From assembly GCA_964016885.1 (NCBI GenBank), contig OZ024745.1, positions 66,650,001-66,714,000 of the forward strand: 64,000 nt of DNA, in the 5' to 3' direction. Made by a program: the position numbers and the translations under genes. Of the stretch, positions 41,540 to 54,931 are shown piece by piece. The stretch's first letter is position 1. Each line of letters opens with the position of its first letter. Source of the stretch: Eledone cirrhosa. Lineage: Eukaryota. The notes under the pieces were generated by a model, which saw only the letters and a program-made list of their open reading frames with translations, searched no databases and was not told where the DNA came from.

Positions 41540-42285
41540 ACCCAACGAAAAGTACAACAGTAAACCATGCTAGAAGGATGTCATAGAGGTGTTAAAAAGA
41601 GCCAGAACGGTACCTGCACCAGGCTCAAGCGGTATAGCTTACAAGATTTTTTAGAAATGCCTATTGATCCTTCGTAGATTGTGGGTCTCTTTCGGTTGAT
41701 CTAGAGCAGAGATTCTCAAACTTTTGGGGCCACCGCCCCCCTCACGGCCACGTAATACCTTCAGCGCCCCCCACCCTCAACGCCCCCCACCATCAGTCGG
41801 TGATGACACATCCAAACCTTACTAGCAGAGAAAGTGGACATTGAACAATGATTGTGATGATGTTAGTTTATCATTAGTAACATAGATGTAAAAAGAATGT
41901 GATTTTGTCAATAAGAATAAAGACATCTATGAGATTGTGTAGAATCTACACAATCTCATAGATGTCTTTATTATAGATATCTATATAAATGCTTAATATA
42001 CATATGCAATATATTTTTAAAAAACAGAAAAAAACAGGCTATTTATTGTTTAAAATTTAAACAATAAATAGCTTGTTTTTTTCTTTGTTTGTTAATACTA
42101 CACTGTCGCCCCCCAACCGCCCTCCGATATCAAAGCACAGCCCCCCCGGGAGGCGGTACCGCCCACTTTGGGAAATAATGATCTAGAGAGACGGAACCAT
42201 TCCATCATGTTGAAAGAGGCCAGATAGCTGCTGTGTGCCAAATGAAGAAAACTCTTTGGTCATCAGTCAATTTAGATTTTAGAAC
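41540..42285 (+). pseudogene. Hero/R2-group non-LTR RT fragment interrupted by a hAT MITE
   Basis: KRARTVPAPGSSGIAYKIF..C..ILRRLW before the MITE and GTIP..W...CVP.EENS..ISQFR after it. Confidence 0.55.
41707..42180. mobile_element. hAT (Charlie-type) MITE with 8-bp TSD
   Basis: Ends CAGAGATTCTCAAA and TTTGGGAAATAATG; TSD ATCTAGAG at 41699-41706 and 42181-42188 (NTCTAGAN target). Confidence 0.8.
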
Positions 42286-44587
42286 AATCTTCCCCCTGCG
42301 AGAAAATGCAATGCATGTGCCTATCTATGTTTTAAAATAAATTTAATTATCAATTTGTTATACAATTAAACTATTAAAAGGACGATGGTGTGCCTTAAAA
42401 AAGTATAACACCTTATTTAACGTATTCTTGAACAGAAAAGTTTCAACATTGTTGTTACAATCTAAGTTGCTGCACAAGAAAATAATTGAGGATTTATTTG
42501 TATTTGCTTTATTTGTTTCAAGGCGTGTCTTTGATTTTAGATGGCTTCTGTTCCTCACATTTTGTTTACGTCCATCTCAGAGAATGATATCTTATCACTT
42601 ATGATAGGGCGGTGAATATAATACCCTGCGTTATACATTTTAGCTAACTGCACTCTGAGTTCAAATATTGCCCAGGTCAACATTGCTTTTTAATTATTTT
42701 CACGTCGATAAATAATCTATCAGTTCAGTCATGGGACAGATACTTTTCTCTCGCTCTCCCTCTAAGAATAAATGGAAAACGAAAAAGAAACAAAGATAAG
42801 AGAAAAAACAAGACGTAGAATAAAACGATGCTGATGATGATAAATACATCTAGTGTTGGAATTGGAGGTGTACAGGCTAATATGAATGTCACTACAACTG
42901 CATCACGAAGCGAAAGTAAGAGAACATAATTCAACCGTTAAGCACCAGGGGACATTTAATCGACTATGCCCTCATGCCAATGAAATAATGTTTAAATTTG
43001 TGCCAATGGATATTCAGGCCTAAAATCAGCGAAGAGAAATTTTTCCTCACATTTTCACTATTACATTAAATCTAAAATTTCATGAACAAGACAAATGTTA
43101 AAAAGGTGTATAAAGGTAATAGCATCTATAACCAATATTTATTTTACAGACTGTGGACACAAATGAGCCTGAGTGATTTAAAAGTTCTCTTTACAATAAT
43201 AAGGGAATACATCCCAGTGACGTCTTGACATAGTGTGTTTTGCTATAACCTATGCCTATGTAAAACTGAGTGGACGGAATCTATGCCAAAGCCTTTCGGA
43301 TACATTGCACGTCTAAATAAAAGTTCCAGTGTGTTTAAATTGTCTCAGACTGATTCTGTCTAAGGATTATGGCGAGAGTATGATTGTGTGTGGAATATTC
43401 ATTCTCTATGAAGTTAATTTAAATAGTATGAGTGTTCAGTTGATTCAGCACGTCAAAATTGACACAGGATTTATAATAACCTTGTTCATTTAACTAGAAG
43501 GAAATCTAGCCTCGACAATGTTTGAACTCGGCGACAACGAAGATTATATAAGCACTGGGACGCAGTTATAACAATGAGTGGATACGAGAAAATTGGTGAT
43601 GATCTGAGGCGGTAAAATATAATTTTTATGGATGTTATAAAAATATTCAGTGAGTGGATTCAATGAAAAGATTGAAGTAATCTAATGTTTCGGACGCCTG
43701 TCATTTTCCCGGGAGGGAGAAATCATATGTGGATGTTTTTGCGTGTTAGTCGCATGATAGTTATTGTTGATATATTTAGGGTGGCATTGTATTGTTTCGG
43801 CTATCTGCAACGCCTACATATTTAAGAATATCAAATATAGTTTACTCTGCCTTTGTTGCAATCTGCTCAAAGATATTGCCAGTTCCTTAATTTCTTTTTA
43901 TGACAAAGTGTTGGTTTAATAGATTATATAAATATTTACGAGCCAGTCATTTCTATAGGCATACTTCATTATATCTTGAATTCAGCTAGCAAATAATATA
44001 TCATCGATCTCGTTTCTTGGTATTTGAGTTGTGACATATTTACATTTACTATTAATTCATAGCTTAGCAGTGTATTTCCTTTTATATTTTGTTCATGTGT
44101 TGCAATCTTCTTCATAGTTTAGTCGTGACGTTTTTAGTATTTTTTGCGAATGGTTCGTTCTCTTTTAGCTAAAATGAGATTGCCTCAACGTTCTGTTAGT
44201 TCAAAGCTTTTAAGTCATTGATGCCTATTATTAATTTAATTCCAGTCTTTGAAAATATTTTTTTATATGTTTGAGCCTTGTGACATATTTCTTCAATCTC
44301 GCGTTTCATTTTATTTCTACATTCAAGTATAATAAATATCTAAAATGATATTTCAGTTCACGTTTGGTTATGTATATAAATGCATATATTTACTTCAAAA
44401 CTTGCTTTAAATATATTTGTAAAATTATAGTAGCTATGTCTGATACTACCCAAATCGCATTACTTGTTGAATAGTCTGTTCTTGCTTTACAAGTATAGCT
44501 TATTCATTTTAGGATGCAAAACCCTTATTTAAGCAACATTAGGAATGTGAAGACTGATACATGTGTGTGCATATGCGTCTGTGTCAG

Positions 44588-44636
<49 letters not shown>

Positions 44637-44818
44637 ATAATGTATGTGTACGTGAGTGGGTGTATAGTGTATTTATATACAGAATACCGAAAGGTAGGAG
44701 AGCACTTAATTTGGAAATTTGTAATATTCATAATTTATTACGCTACTGCAAGCAAGAACACCAAATTGCGAGGTATATCTCTTGATATATCACTTAATGA
44801 AACCAATATTATAGTATA

Positions 44819-45856
44819 CTAGCCGAATTACCCGCGCCTTGCTGCGTTTCACACATTTTTCTTTTTGTAAGAAAATGATGATGATTTTAAATCAGTCATA
44901 ATTTATGGAGAAAAACTCTGCATTTCAATATTACTCAATGTAAAATGTAATGCATTATTTTTTGTAATATATCAAATCAAAATTACATTATTAAATCTTA
45001 TTCTTATTCTGTTTTTTGTAAATAATTCTTTTTAAAATACCAATTCAAAACTTGATCATTTCATTTTGTGTAAAGCATTATTTTCAAGTTAGAAATTCAA
45101 AGTTTAACTATTTATTTTTTAACATAATAAATACATGAAAATATATTTCATACTTTGTCCTAATGAAGAACTTCATGGCAAACATTTCCTGTCTTTCTTT
45201 GATTGGCTAAAATGTAGAGATTTTTTGAAGTTCCAGTCCTTGAAACAGCCAAATAAAACATGCCATGACTGAAACATGGGTTTGTCAGATCGATACCAAT
45301 AGTTTTGAAAGTTTGACCATGGCTCTTATCGATGCTCATAGCAAAGCATGGCTTCACTGGGAACTGCAGCCTCTTAAATGTAAAAGGCAACTCACTATCA
45401 TTTGGTATAAGTGAAATCCTCGGAATGAGAATAGCTTGACTTTTGTAAACCCCGAATATAATGGTTACTGCATTCAAGTTCGCATGCAATCTTGTTACAA
45501 CAAATCTTGTTCCGTTTATTGGCGAAAACTATCACTATAGGGGGTTTAATCTCCATTAGGGCATCTTAATATTATTGAAATTTGCTGAGATTTTGTGAAT
45601 AGGCATCATATCTTGTCATTGACCTATGGTTTAAACTTCATATAAGTAGAACGGAAAATATTTTCAGCGGGGGTTTGATGTCCCCGGGGAACCCTTTGAT
45701 TAAAATGAAATATACTTATCCAAGAACCCTGGGCAATGTAGTTTCGGAATATATATGGTTATGGGGGGTCTATCTCCAAAACCATAGGAGGAGGTCGTGA
45801 ACAAACAAGAAAACAAACAAACAGACAGGAACTACAACTTAATATATATATATAGA
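44819..45856 (-). mobile_element. Non-autonomous Helitron
   Basis: Minus strand begins TC(TATA..) and ends in GC-rich sequence then CTAG; inserted between A and T; carries a helicase fragment. Confidence 0.85.
45160..45520 (-). pseudogene. Helitron Pif1-type helicase C-terminal fragment
   Basis: NGTR...LIPRISLIP...PFTFKRLQFPVKPCFAMSIDKSHGQT...CFSHG.FYLAVSR. Confidence 0.9.
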
Positions 45857-45858
45857 TA

Positions 45859-46377
45859 TACGAGCAAGCGGAGGAGGGGTGAAAAGTTCCTGGCTTTAAT
45901 GGTTTCGTGAAAGGGTAGAACTGTTGCCTTTACAGAGAGTTAGGTCAACTATTTAGGAGGAGATATGCAAATAATCATGAGGGTATACGATATTTCTTTC
46001 TTGATTTGCAGATGTAACGCATGATGGCAGCTCCTATAGCAGATGTTGGTAAAACTGAAGCACGAGCGGTCATGAAGTTTCAAGGGGCAGCGGAAACCAT
46101 GGCAAGATGAAGGAAGCCTTGAATGATGGCTGTTTATCTTATTCCACAAAGAATATATGGATATCAACGGAACGAAATTTTATTCCAAATCGGAAGTGAC
46201 CGCTGCTACGGAGGCTTGGTCGGAGGCCCAACTTTCTGAGTTCTTTTTACGGGGCTTAGAAAAATTGAATAAGTGTGTAAATCTGAGAGAGTAAGATGTT
46301 GAATAAGTGTATAATTAACTGATTCTCCGGTATTCTCATTTATCCAGAGATAGGTACTTTTAGGTACGCCTCGTGTA

Positions 46378-46378
<1 letters not shown>
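45859..46378 (+). mobile_element. Internally deleted mariner element
   Basis: TACGAG...AAAAGTTCC and GTACTTTT...CCTCGT ends; remnants RAVMKF and EVTAATEAW..Q.SEFFLRGLEKL..CV. Confidence 0.7.
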
Positions 46379-46437
<59 letters not shown>

Positions 46438-46439
46438 CA

Positions 46440-46665
46440 CGAGGCGTTTGAAGTTAGAAAGACAGAACAATGCGCGTTTGGCAACCCACTTCGATCACTG
46501 GATTAACCCCTTTACTTTCCTCAGATGAAGAGATATTATCTCGAAATATCAGGATATACTAATAAATTAAGGTAAAAGACTAATTGTCAGCGTTATCCTT
46601 TGCATTTATATTCTATATCCAAACATGCATTGTTCTGGCCTTCAACACAATGCTTCAAGTAAATT
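46440..46665 (+). mobile_element. PLE 3' end copy with inverted 5' tag and variant HHR (46518-46554)
   Basis: Matches 31690-31850; 46448-46482 is the inverse of 31829-31863. Confidence 0.8.
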
Positions 46666-46714
46666 ACCAATTCCTATATATATATATAATATAAATATAT
46701 ATAGGAATTGGTAA

Positions 46715-46757
46715 ACGGTGCTGATGATAGCTAACAAGCTTGAAACTAGTACATCGT
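46715..46757 (+). ncRNA. Minimal type I hammerhead ribozyme (family C)
   Basis: ACGGTG CTGATGA T AGCT AACA AGCT T GAAA CTAG TA CATCGT. Confidence 0.85.
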
Positions 46758-47004
46758 TCCTGTGTCAGTGTTGAACAAAAAGGTGACGTGGTTGCCTTAA
46801 CACCGTATGACATAAATTCAGGCTGTTCAGTTTGTTTACAAACGAACAAAGCGACGTTATAATAAGCGCCGCTAAACTGATACGTGCATATATGTATGTG
46901 TACCTGTATGCATATGTATGTATATATGTATATATATATATATATATGTGCATGCTACTGTACGTCTGTATACATATATGTATGTACGTATACATGCATA
47001 CTTA

Positions 47005-47979
<975 letters not shown>

Positions 47980-48070
47980 TAATAATAATAAATTTGAAGA
48001 CTAAAATCCAAAGAGGGCTCGATAAGGATAAATATATATCAAATATATAAGAACCGTAGAGCAAATATTT

Positions 48071-48121
48071 AGTTTCAGAAGATCCCGTTAAGGGTGAAAG
48101 CAACGATTCTTTGCTTAAACT
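48071..48121 (+). ncRNA. Variant hammerhead (CAGAAGA core)
   Basis: AGTTT CAGAAGA T CCC GTTAA GGG T GAAA GCAA...TTGC TT AAACT. Confidence 0.6.
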
Positions 48122-48134
48122 TTATGTAAATTAT

Positions 48135-48340
48135 GTAAACTATATATATGTGTTTGTGTCTATATTGTATCTGTATTATTTTTGACCGCCGGTCAGTCAA
48201 TGGCAACATTGAGGACCGAGTAAGTTAGATCGCAGATATAAAAGACAGCGAGAAGCGAAAACCCACCAAACAGTGAGTGTGTTCTGTTATTAATTCTGGC
48301 AATATTACGCAAATATGACCCTCCCCAAATATAACAATAT
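48135..48340 (+). mobile_element. Solo copy of the 11850-family PLE terminus
   Basis: Reverse-complement homologue of 11897-12107; ends at AACAATAT(AT)n like 14675. Confidence 0.75.
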
Positions 48341-48475
48341 ATATATATATATATATAGCAATTGGTAATAAATATATATATATATATATATGTTTATCCC
48401 GGGTTCAATATGGACTAACCACAGTAAATGATGTACTCAATACATAGCAGAGTATAAATATTTTAATATAGAAAT

Positions 48476-48569
48476 GACTTCTAAAGGACTGGAACTGTTT
48501 CATTCGGGAGAAATCATCAGGGCTTCTTGATGATTTCTTCCGAATGAAGCAGTTCTAGTCCTGTAGAAG

Positions 48570-48571
<2 letters not shown>
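48476..48571 (+). ncRNA. Head-to-head foldback of a decayed HHR (48521-48571)
   Basis: GGCTTC TTGATGA TTTC..GAAT GAAG CAG...CTG TA GAAGCC; the inverted arm keeps CTGATGA and GAAA. Confidence 0.6.
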
Positions 48572-48625
<54 letters not shown>

Positions 48626-48702
48626 ACGAAGGAAATGTGGTAAGGAACCAGGTGGACCATAACGCACCAAAGTACTCAATACTTGAGGTAGTAGAGTGGG
48701 TA

Positions 48703-48813
48703 ATAGGAACCAGTAAGACCCCGACAGCTGAGCTCAAGCCGTTTCGACGGCTAATCCAGAATTAGCCGTCGAAACGGCTTGAGCTCAGCTGTCGGGGTCT
48801 TACTGGTTCCTAT
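48703..48813. repeat. Perfect 111-bp hairpin containing an HHR 3' half
   Basis: 53-bp arms with CCAGA loop; GAAA CGGCT...AGCTG TC GGGG. Confidence 0.9.
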
Positions 48814-48829
48814 ATATATATATATATAT

Positions 48830-49370
48830 GCGGTGTGTAAAAAAAAAAAATTAACAGGACTTTGTGTGATCTACGATTGGGGTAGAGATTAGCGGGTTGC
48901 TTCAACGTGTAATGTAATATCCACGGATATTATATAACTGCGAACTCGGGTGGCTGCCGTCATTGTCTATTTTTCACGGGCTTTTGTTAACAGCTCCTCA
49001 ATTTTAGACTGTCAATCGATCGGCACCGAGCAGCGAACCAGCCTGGTTTCTGGTCCGAAGAGGGAAAACTCGCTCAGAAAACTGGGAATACTGCAGCAGG
49101 TGTACGGAGATGAGACGATGTCCAACTCATGAGTGGCACAAAATATTCAAAGACAGAGGCGATGAAGTGGGACACGATGACCAGAGGAAGCGGCACATTT
49201 AGGTGAGTTTGAATATTTTCGAACATCTTGAAGCCAAACGAGACCTTTTCCTTTTCCAAAAGCTCAATGGGATTATCCAGATGACCCGTTTTCCTTTCCG
49301 AACTTGGAACCTATGAAGGAAGTCATAGACTCAAGAGGGATTATTTCGAAGGGGAAATTTTGTAGTTTAT
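48830..49370 (+). mobile_element. Degenerate mariner remnant
   Basis: EQR...ILQQVYGDETMS..EWHK.FK (N-terminal HTH) and GDYFEG (C-terminus). Confidence 0.6.
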
Positions 49371-49386
49371 ATATATATATATATAT

Positions 49387-49437
<51 letters not shown>

Positions 49438-49470
49438 TGTGTGTGTGTGTGTGTGTGCGTGTGTGTATGT

Positions 49471-49502
<32 letters not shown>

Positions 49503-49559
49503 TTGTGAGTGAGGCACAATTACGTCTCCGAGAAGCTGCTTCATATTTATTCACTTTCG

Positions 49560-49955
49560 GTAAACATAGTCTTAGCCAAGTGGTGGTGATATTATCTGAC
49601 GGTGTCCAACGCTCATTTGGTATATCGACCCTCAACCGTAACACACACAAAATCATTTGTAAAATGGACTGTTTTGAACCGCAATGGGAAACCTCCAAAG
49701 TAGCTGGTGATTATTCCGGTAAGGATCTGGTGCTGTTTATATTGATCCATATGCGTTGGTCAAATACGGCCAGATAACTGTCAGGTCGCCATGTCTTTTC
49801 TTGGCATTAACAATCATCTGGCTGAGGACTCCCATGTGTTGCAGACACCCAGAAAATCCTGGAATTTCCCCCTTCTAGATAGATGTGTTGATGTAAGCAT
49901 TATCAGTCGTATATGAGGTATTTTTTACCAGATCTTGCCTTCAACACTTGCATAG
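49560..49955 (-). pseudogene. Hero/R2-group non-LTR RT fragment
   Basis: VEGKI...YINTSI.KGEIPGFSGCLQH..VLSQMI..AKK..GDLTVIW..LTNAYGSI. Confidence 0.7.
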
Positions 49956-52109
49956 TTTATCTAAATATCCTGGAATTCACCATCTTGTGGCATATTTTTT
50001 GTGCTGAACATTTATTGAAAACATCTGGAATAAAGAATAAATCTGAATTAAACAGTGTACAGTTCAGGCATTTTATGTTTTAATAAAAAGTAGTATGTAA
50101 ATAATACAGAATTATAATATAAAATCCTAATCTAAAAAGGAATATAGTTTACAGGCATCTATTATGATGTAAGTTCTATAAAGTTAGAAATGTAGTTAAG
50201 GAGCGAGGTCGTATAATGTCGAAGCTGGCCGCGTTGGGCAGATGGGGGATGCTGTCATTACTCTGTAATACTCCTCTTTAAGTTACATAAACGTTACACC
50301 CATCTAACATTTTTGACAACTGTTACGGCTATATACACACCTGTAGAATTGAAAGTAGTAACGACTACCATTATCACTACGACTTTAACTGCCACCGAAG
50401 CAACCAACACGAGTACAACTACCATTGTCATTAACACTACTCCCCACTACTATTGCTAACTGCATCTGATGCAGCTGCTACTGACACTACACGGAGAAAA
50501 TATCGAGACTACCTCACGTAGTTTTACCATTGTTGCACGTCTGCATGTTTTAGTGTAAGTGATCAAGCATGCTGATACGGAAAAAAGTGCAGACGTTCGT
50601 TAGATGAAAAGATGAAGAATGATAGAAAGAGGAGGGGAGCAACTGAAGTACTGAACATGAAACAACTAGAGAGAAGGAAAAATTGGAGGTAGAGCGATAA
50701 AGAGGAATGGGTGGCGCAGAGTGGGATTCACAGAATGGGAAGAAAGTTGTGGTAAAGTTGAGAGCGGAAGGGAAGAGATGGAGAACTATTAGAGTACTTG
50801 TGATGCAGAATAAGAAAGAGTGTGAGCGATGAGAATGAAGTTGGTAAACTTGAGGGAATGGGGTGAAAAGAGGGTGATATGGGAAACTAACAAACTTTAT
50901 AGTATAAACTATTTATATTGTTAATGTATCTTGAAAATGGTTTGAATATCATGACTTCACATTACTTCTACTTCTATATATATATATGAGCTATTGTGTA
51001 TATATAAATGAATCTATGTTTATAGCCGATACAACTCACTAAAACACATTAACAAGTATTCATTATCAATATTGTCAGGTCAAAATGGTGGGTCTTTGGA
51101 TTTTATTGCACCTTCATTTTGGCAACAATATTCATGTATTCTGAAGTTCTCTCTTTGTTTACCATCGTGGCTCATTATGGTTAATCAAATATACTCCGTC
51201 ACCTCACCTTTACAAACATATTACCATGTCATGTAGCAACATTTCATACAGCTGCAGGTAAATATTCTTCAGTGTTTGTTTACAGTAATTGTTTTGCTTT
51301 AGCTCCTATTATATTATATATTTCTAGACTTCGCGTCACTTTTCAGAATTTACTCCCACTCAATTTGCTTCGTAACCCATGAGTTGGGAACAGCTAATGT
51401 AATAGATGTGTAAACGTGGAACCTCTGCGGCGTCAGTGAACATTCGAATAACAAAATCATTAGAATAACAACACCCGTAACATTAGAATAACAACACCCG
51501 TAAAATGGGAAGGACGTTTTTCAGAAAGTATCCTATTTAAAAGAGATTTGAAAAGAAATTGGGCTGATCAGTACTGGAAAGCAATTAATCATGGTCATGC
51601 TAAATGAAGGCTGACGACAGGCTAAGCTACAAAAATATGTTTTTAAATGAGAGGTAAAAATCATGTTAATTTGCCATTATACAATATGAAACAATTGACA
51701 ACATATGCCAAATAAATGGAACATGGAGTGCCAAATAAAATCCATGACAAAAATCTGAAGGTCTAACGTTTCATTTCTTTGCACGTCAAGAGAAAGATAA
51801 TGCAGGAGCTCCCGTTTTTTTATGTATTGTTTCTGATACAGATTCTTACCAGTTTTCTAGGATTCTAGATATATTATGAAATACTATGTTTATTGTCTGT
51901 GGTGAGCACATTGAATTTTATTATTTGAGACTATACCCATATTGTATGTATGGGCCAGTGACTCCTGAGGGAGTCATAGGCGTGCCATATACGGCTTTTC
52001 TAGGGCATTTTTAAATCTGGTGGAGTCCATCTCATTTCCCCCTCTGAATACAGTAGAATTCTCCCAGAGAAGGATAGAGAGTATGAGAGGTATAGAGGAA
52101 GATTCTACC

Positions 52110-52262
52110 CCGGTACTAGACTCGTACTCTTTTTATCAACTTTAAATGGATGAAAGGTTAACTCAACCACGGTGACAATTGAACTCAGAAAGCAGAGAGT
52201 CGAAACGAATACTGTAAAAGCGTTCTATCTGACGTACTAACGACTCAGCCAATTCAACGCCT
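52110..52262 (-). mobile_element. Old SINE copy
   Basis: GGATGAAAGG and TTGAACTCAG motifs as in younger copies. Confidence 0.55.
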
Positions 52263-52348
52263 ATACCCATATCAAGGAAAGGTAAACTTTGTTAAACAAT
52301 GCTTTAAAAAATCTGACAAAGGAAAATGTAGCAACTCAAATATATAAT

Positions 52349-52463
52349 TGTTTCTACTTTAGGCACAAGGCCAGCAATTACCCAGTACATTACTGGTACT
52401 TTATTTTATAGACCCCGTAAGGATGAAAGGCAAAGTTAACCTCGGCGGGATTTGAACTCAGAC
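52349..52463 (-). mobile_element. SINE, 5' truncated, 12-bp TSD
   Basis: CAAATATATAAT at 52337-52348 and 52464-52475. Confidence 0.85.
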
Positions 52464-53019
52464 CAAATATATAATGAAATAAATGGACGTACAAGAATCC
52501 TAATGAATTGAAATTAGAAATATTGTCATGCATTGATGGGGATAAGAATAGCCAAAAGGTAACATTAGACTAAGGAATCCTTGGAATACAATAAAAGGGT
52601 GACCAAGTGTGTAATGTTTTTATCACTGAGCTGCTCAATCAGGTCTGAGCTGGGGTTAAAAAATAAAACATATGAAAAACTCACCATCGGTTGCATGACG
52701 AGACATCTGTATCTCCGGTACAGGAATATTAACGGTAGTAAAAATGGTTAACGATATTAACATCTGTTAAATGAAACATCTGAAATAAATCTCTACTCAA
52801 TTATTCGACTAGACCTGGTAAATATGGCAGCTAAATCTCACACATATCATATATTGATAAACGTGAGTCATGTATCCAAGTTAATGTAATTGTAGATACT
52901 CTGTATGGCGGGGGTCGTCAGAGCCGGAACGCTTTTAATAATGTATCTTCTCGAGTTAAGCTAAGCTGAAGACTAAACCACAACAGACACGAGTGCATTC
53001 GACAAGGTAGATCAATTTC

Positions 53020-53092
<73 letters not shown>

Positions 53093-53270
53093 TATGTTGA
53101 AAAGGTAACACACCAGAGAGAGATATACAGTGCGCTATCAATAAAACAGGGAAAAGACCTCCAGTGTATGGAATCTATAACCTATGGAATCTATAACCTA
53201 AAGGAAGACTATAGACACGATAATAAAATATATAAATTAAAGCGTAAATAAATACCTCTATAACTATATA

Positions 53271-53350
53271 ACACACGTACAAATCCAAAGAGATGTTTCG
53301 CCAGTAATTTGTTGACAGAAATTGAATAACCTCAGTTCATCAGCGTGTGT
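53271..53350 (-). ncRNA. Hammerhead ribozyme
   Basis: ACACACG CTGATGA...GAAA CA...TG TA CGTGTGT. Confidence 0.75.
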
Positions 53351-53581
53351 ATAAGGAGTGTTATAAGGAGCGAAATATTTCGCTCCTTATAACAGTCTGT
53401 CCTATCTCTCTGTTTGGTTGAGCACACTTCTCTGAGTGGTTTTGGGCTGCCCTTTCTAGCAGCTCGTCCCTCAGAGGCCACTGGTTCACTGTCCTTAAAC
53501 ACGCTGTGACTTCTCTCTCCCACGTGTAGCTGGACAGTCACTTTTAAAATTCTCTTAGTGTTGTCTGAAATGTATAGCCTT

Positions 53582-53664
53582 ACACACGCTGATGAACCGA
53601 GGTTATTCCAAATTACTGGTCAACAAATTACTGGCGAAACATCTCTTTGGATTTGTACGTGTGT
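53582..53664 (+). ncRNA. Hammerhead ribozyme
   Basis: 7-bp stem I ACACACG/CGTGTGT, CTGATGA, GAAA, GUA cleavage triplet; stem II weak. Confidence 0.75.
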
Positions 53665-53905
53665 TATATAGTTATAGAGGTATTTATTTTCGCTTTAATT
53701 TATATTTTTAATTATCGTGTCTATAGCCTGCCTTTCATAGGTTATAGATTCCATACACTGGGGTTTTTTTCCTGTTTTATTGATAGTGCACTGTATATCT
53801 CTCTCTGGTGTGTTACCTTTTCAACATATTGTATTTTAAAGAGCTCAGGATTTCTTCTCCTTTGAGCACATTATTTACAGGGAATGGCGAGGGCCTATGG
53901 CTCCG

Positions 53906-53993
<88 letters not shown>

Positions 53994-54467
53994 CGTACAA
54001 TAAAGTGTTTGCTTTGTGACCACCTCAAATAATTCGACTAATATCTGCTCTATTGCGGCTACAAAACAATGTATACCCACTTTCATTACCTTTACAGGCA
54101 ATATTTATTAGAATGGTGTTGAAGTGTGTATACATTTTTGGAGGACACCCTGTATATATATATATATATGGTAAATATCTTTAAGTCGTTTGGAAGCTTC
54201 GACAATGCAGATGGGTAATTCTCCGGGTAAAAAGATCCGGTGATGGAGAGAGAGATGTAAGTGGGTGTACGTTGAGATGCGTGGTGTGTAGAAGACTGTA
54301 GCGTGTAGAAGAATGTAGGAAAGAGCGTAAAGGTTAAAAATAAAAATAATAACACGAGATAAAGTTACCTTGGAGGAGATTTAATTGTACCTATATATTT
54401 TGGGTTCACATCCATCAACTGGGGTTTTTTCCGGGGGGGGGGGGTTGTCTGTCGGAAAGATGCGAAA

Positions 54468-54509
54468 GAGGAAGATTTCTTATTAATTTCTGTATATTCG
54501 TATGTATAT

Positions 54510-54557
<48 letters not shown>

Positions 54558-54730
54558 TAAAATAACAGATTAAAATCTGTTATTTTAATAAATATTTGCT
54601 CTACGGTTCTTATATATTTGATATATATTTATCCTTACCGAGCCCTCTTTGGATTTTCGTCTTCAAATTTATTATTATTATTACTATATATATATATATA
54701 TAACTGTGAAGTTGTTATAATCATGTTACT

Positions 54731-54787
<57 letters not shown>

Positions 54788-54832
54788 CCTATATACATAC
54801 GAATATACAGAAATTAATAAGTAATCTTCCTC
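54468..54832. repeat. Inverted termini (54468-54516 / 54783-54832) around nested PLE-end fragments
   Basis: Inverted match seen directly; the inner 54552-54684 matches 8443-8466 and 47975-48070. Confidence 0.65.
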
Positions 54833-54892
54833 TTCCTCGACCTCCTTACTATATATATATACATATATATAGTGTGTGTGTGTGTGTGTGTG

Positions 54893-54931
<39 letters not shown>

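Larger units (their letters stand above)
53088..53907. mobile_element. Foldback non-autonomous PLE-type element with two opposed HHRs
   Basis: Inverted arms about 53088-53357 and 53577-53834, then a 70-bp tail; (TA)n flanks. Confidence 0.85.

Noticed and set aside
43600-44350. Possible decayed hAT transposase (also 1-1100 and 25900-26200)
   Set aside because: Only vague motif similarity by eye; needs a translated search.
51458-51503. 23-bp tandem duplication
   Set aside because: Only two copies and no spacer; ordinary slippage, not a CRISPR array.
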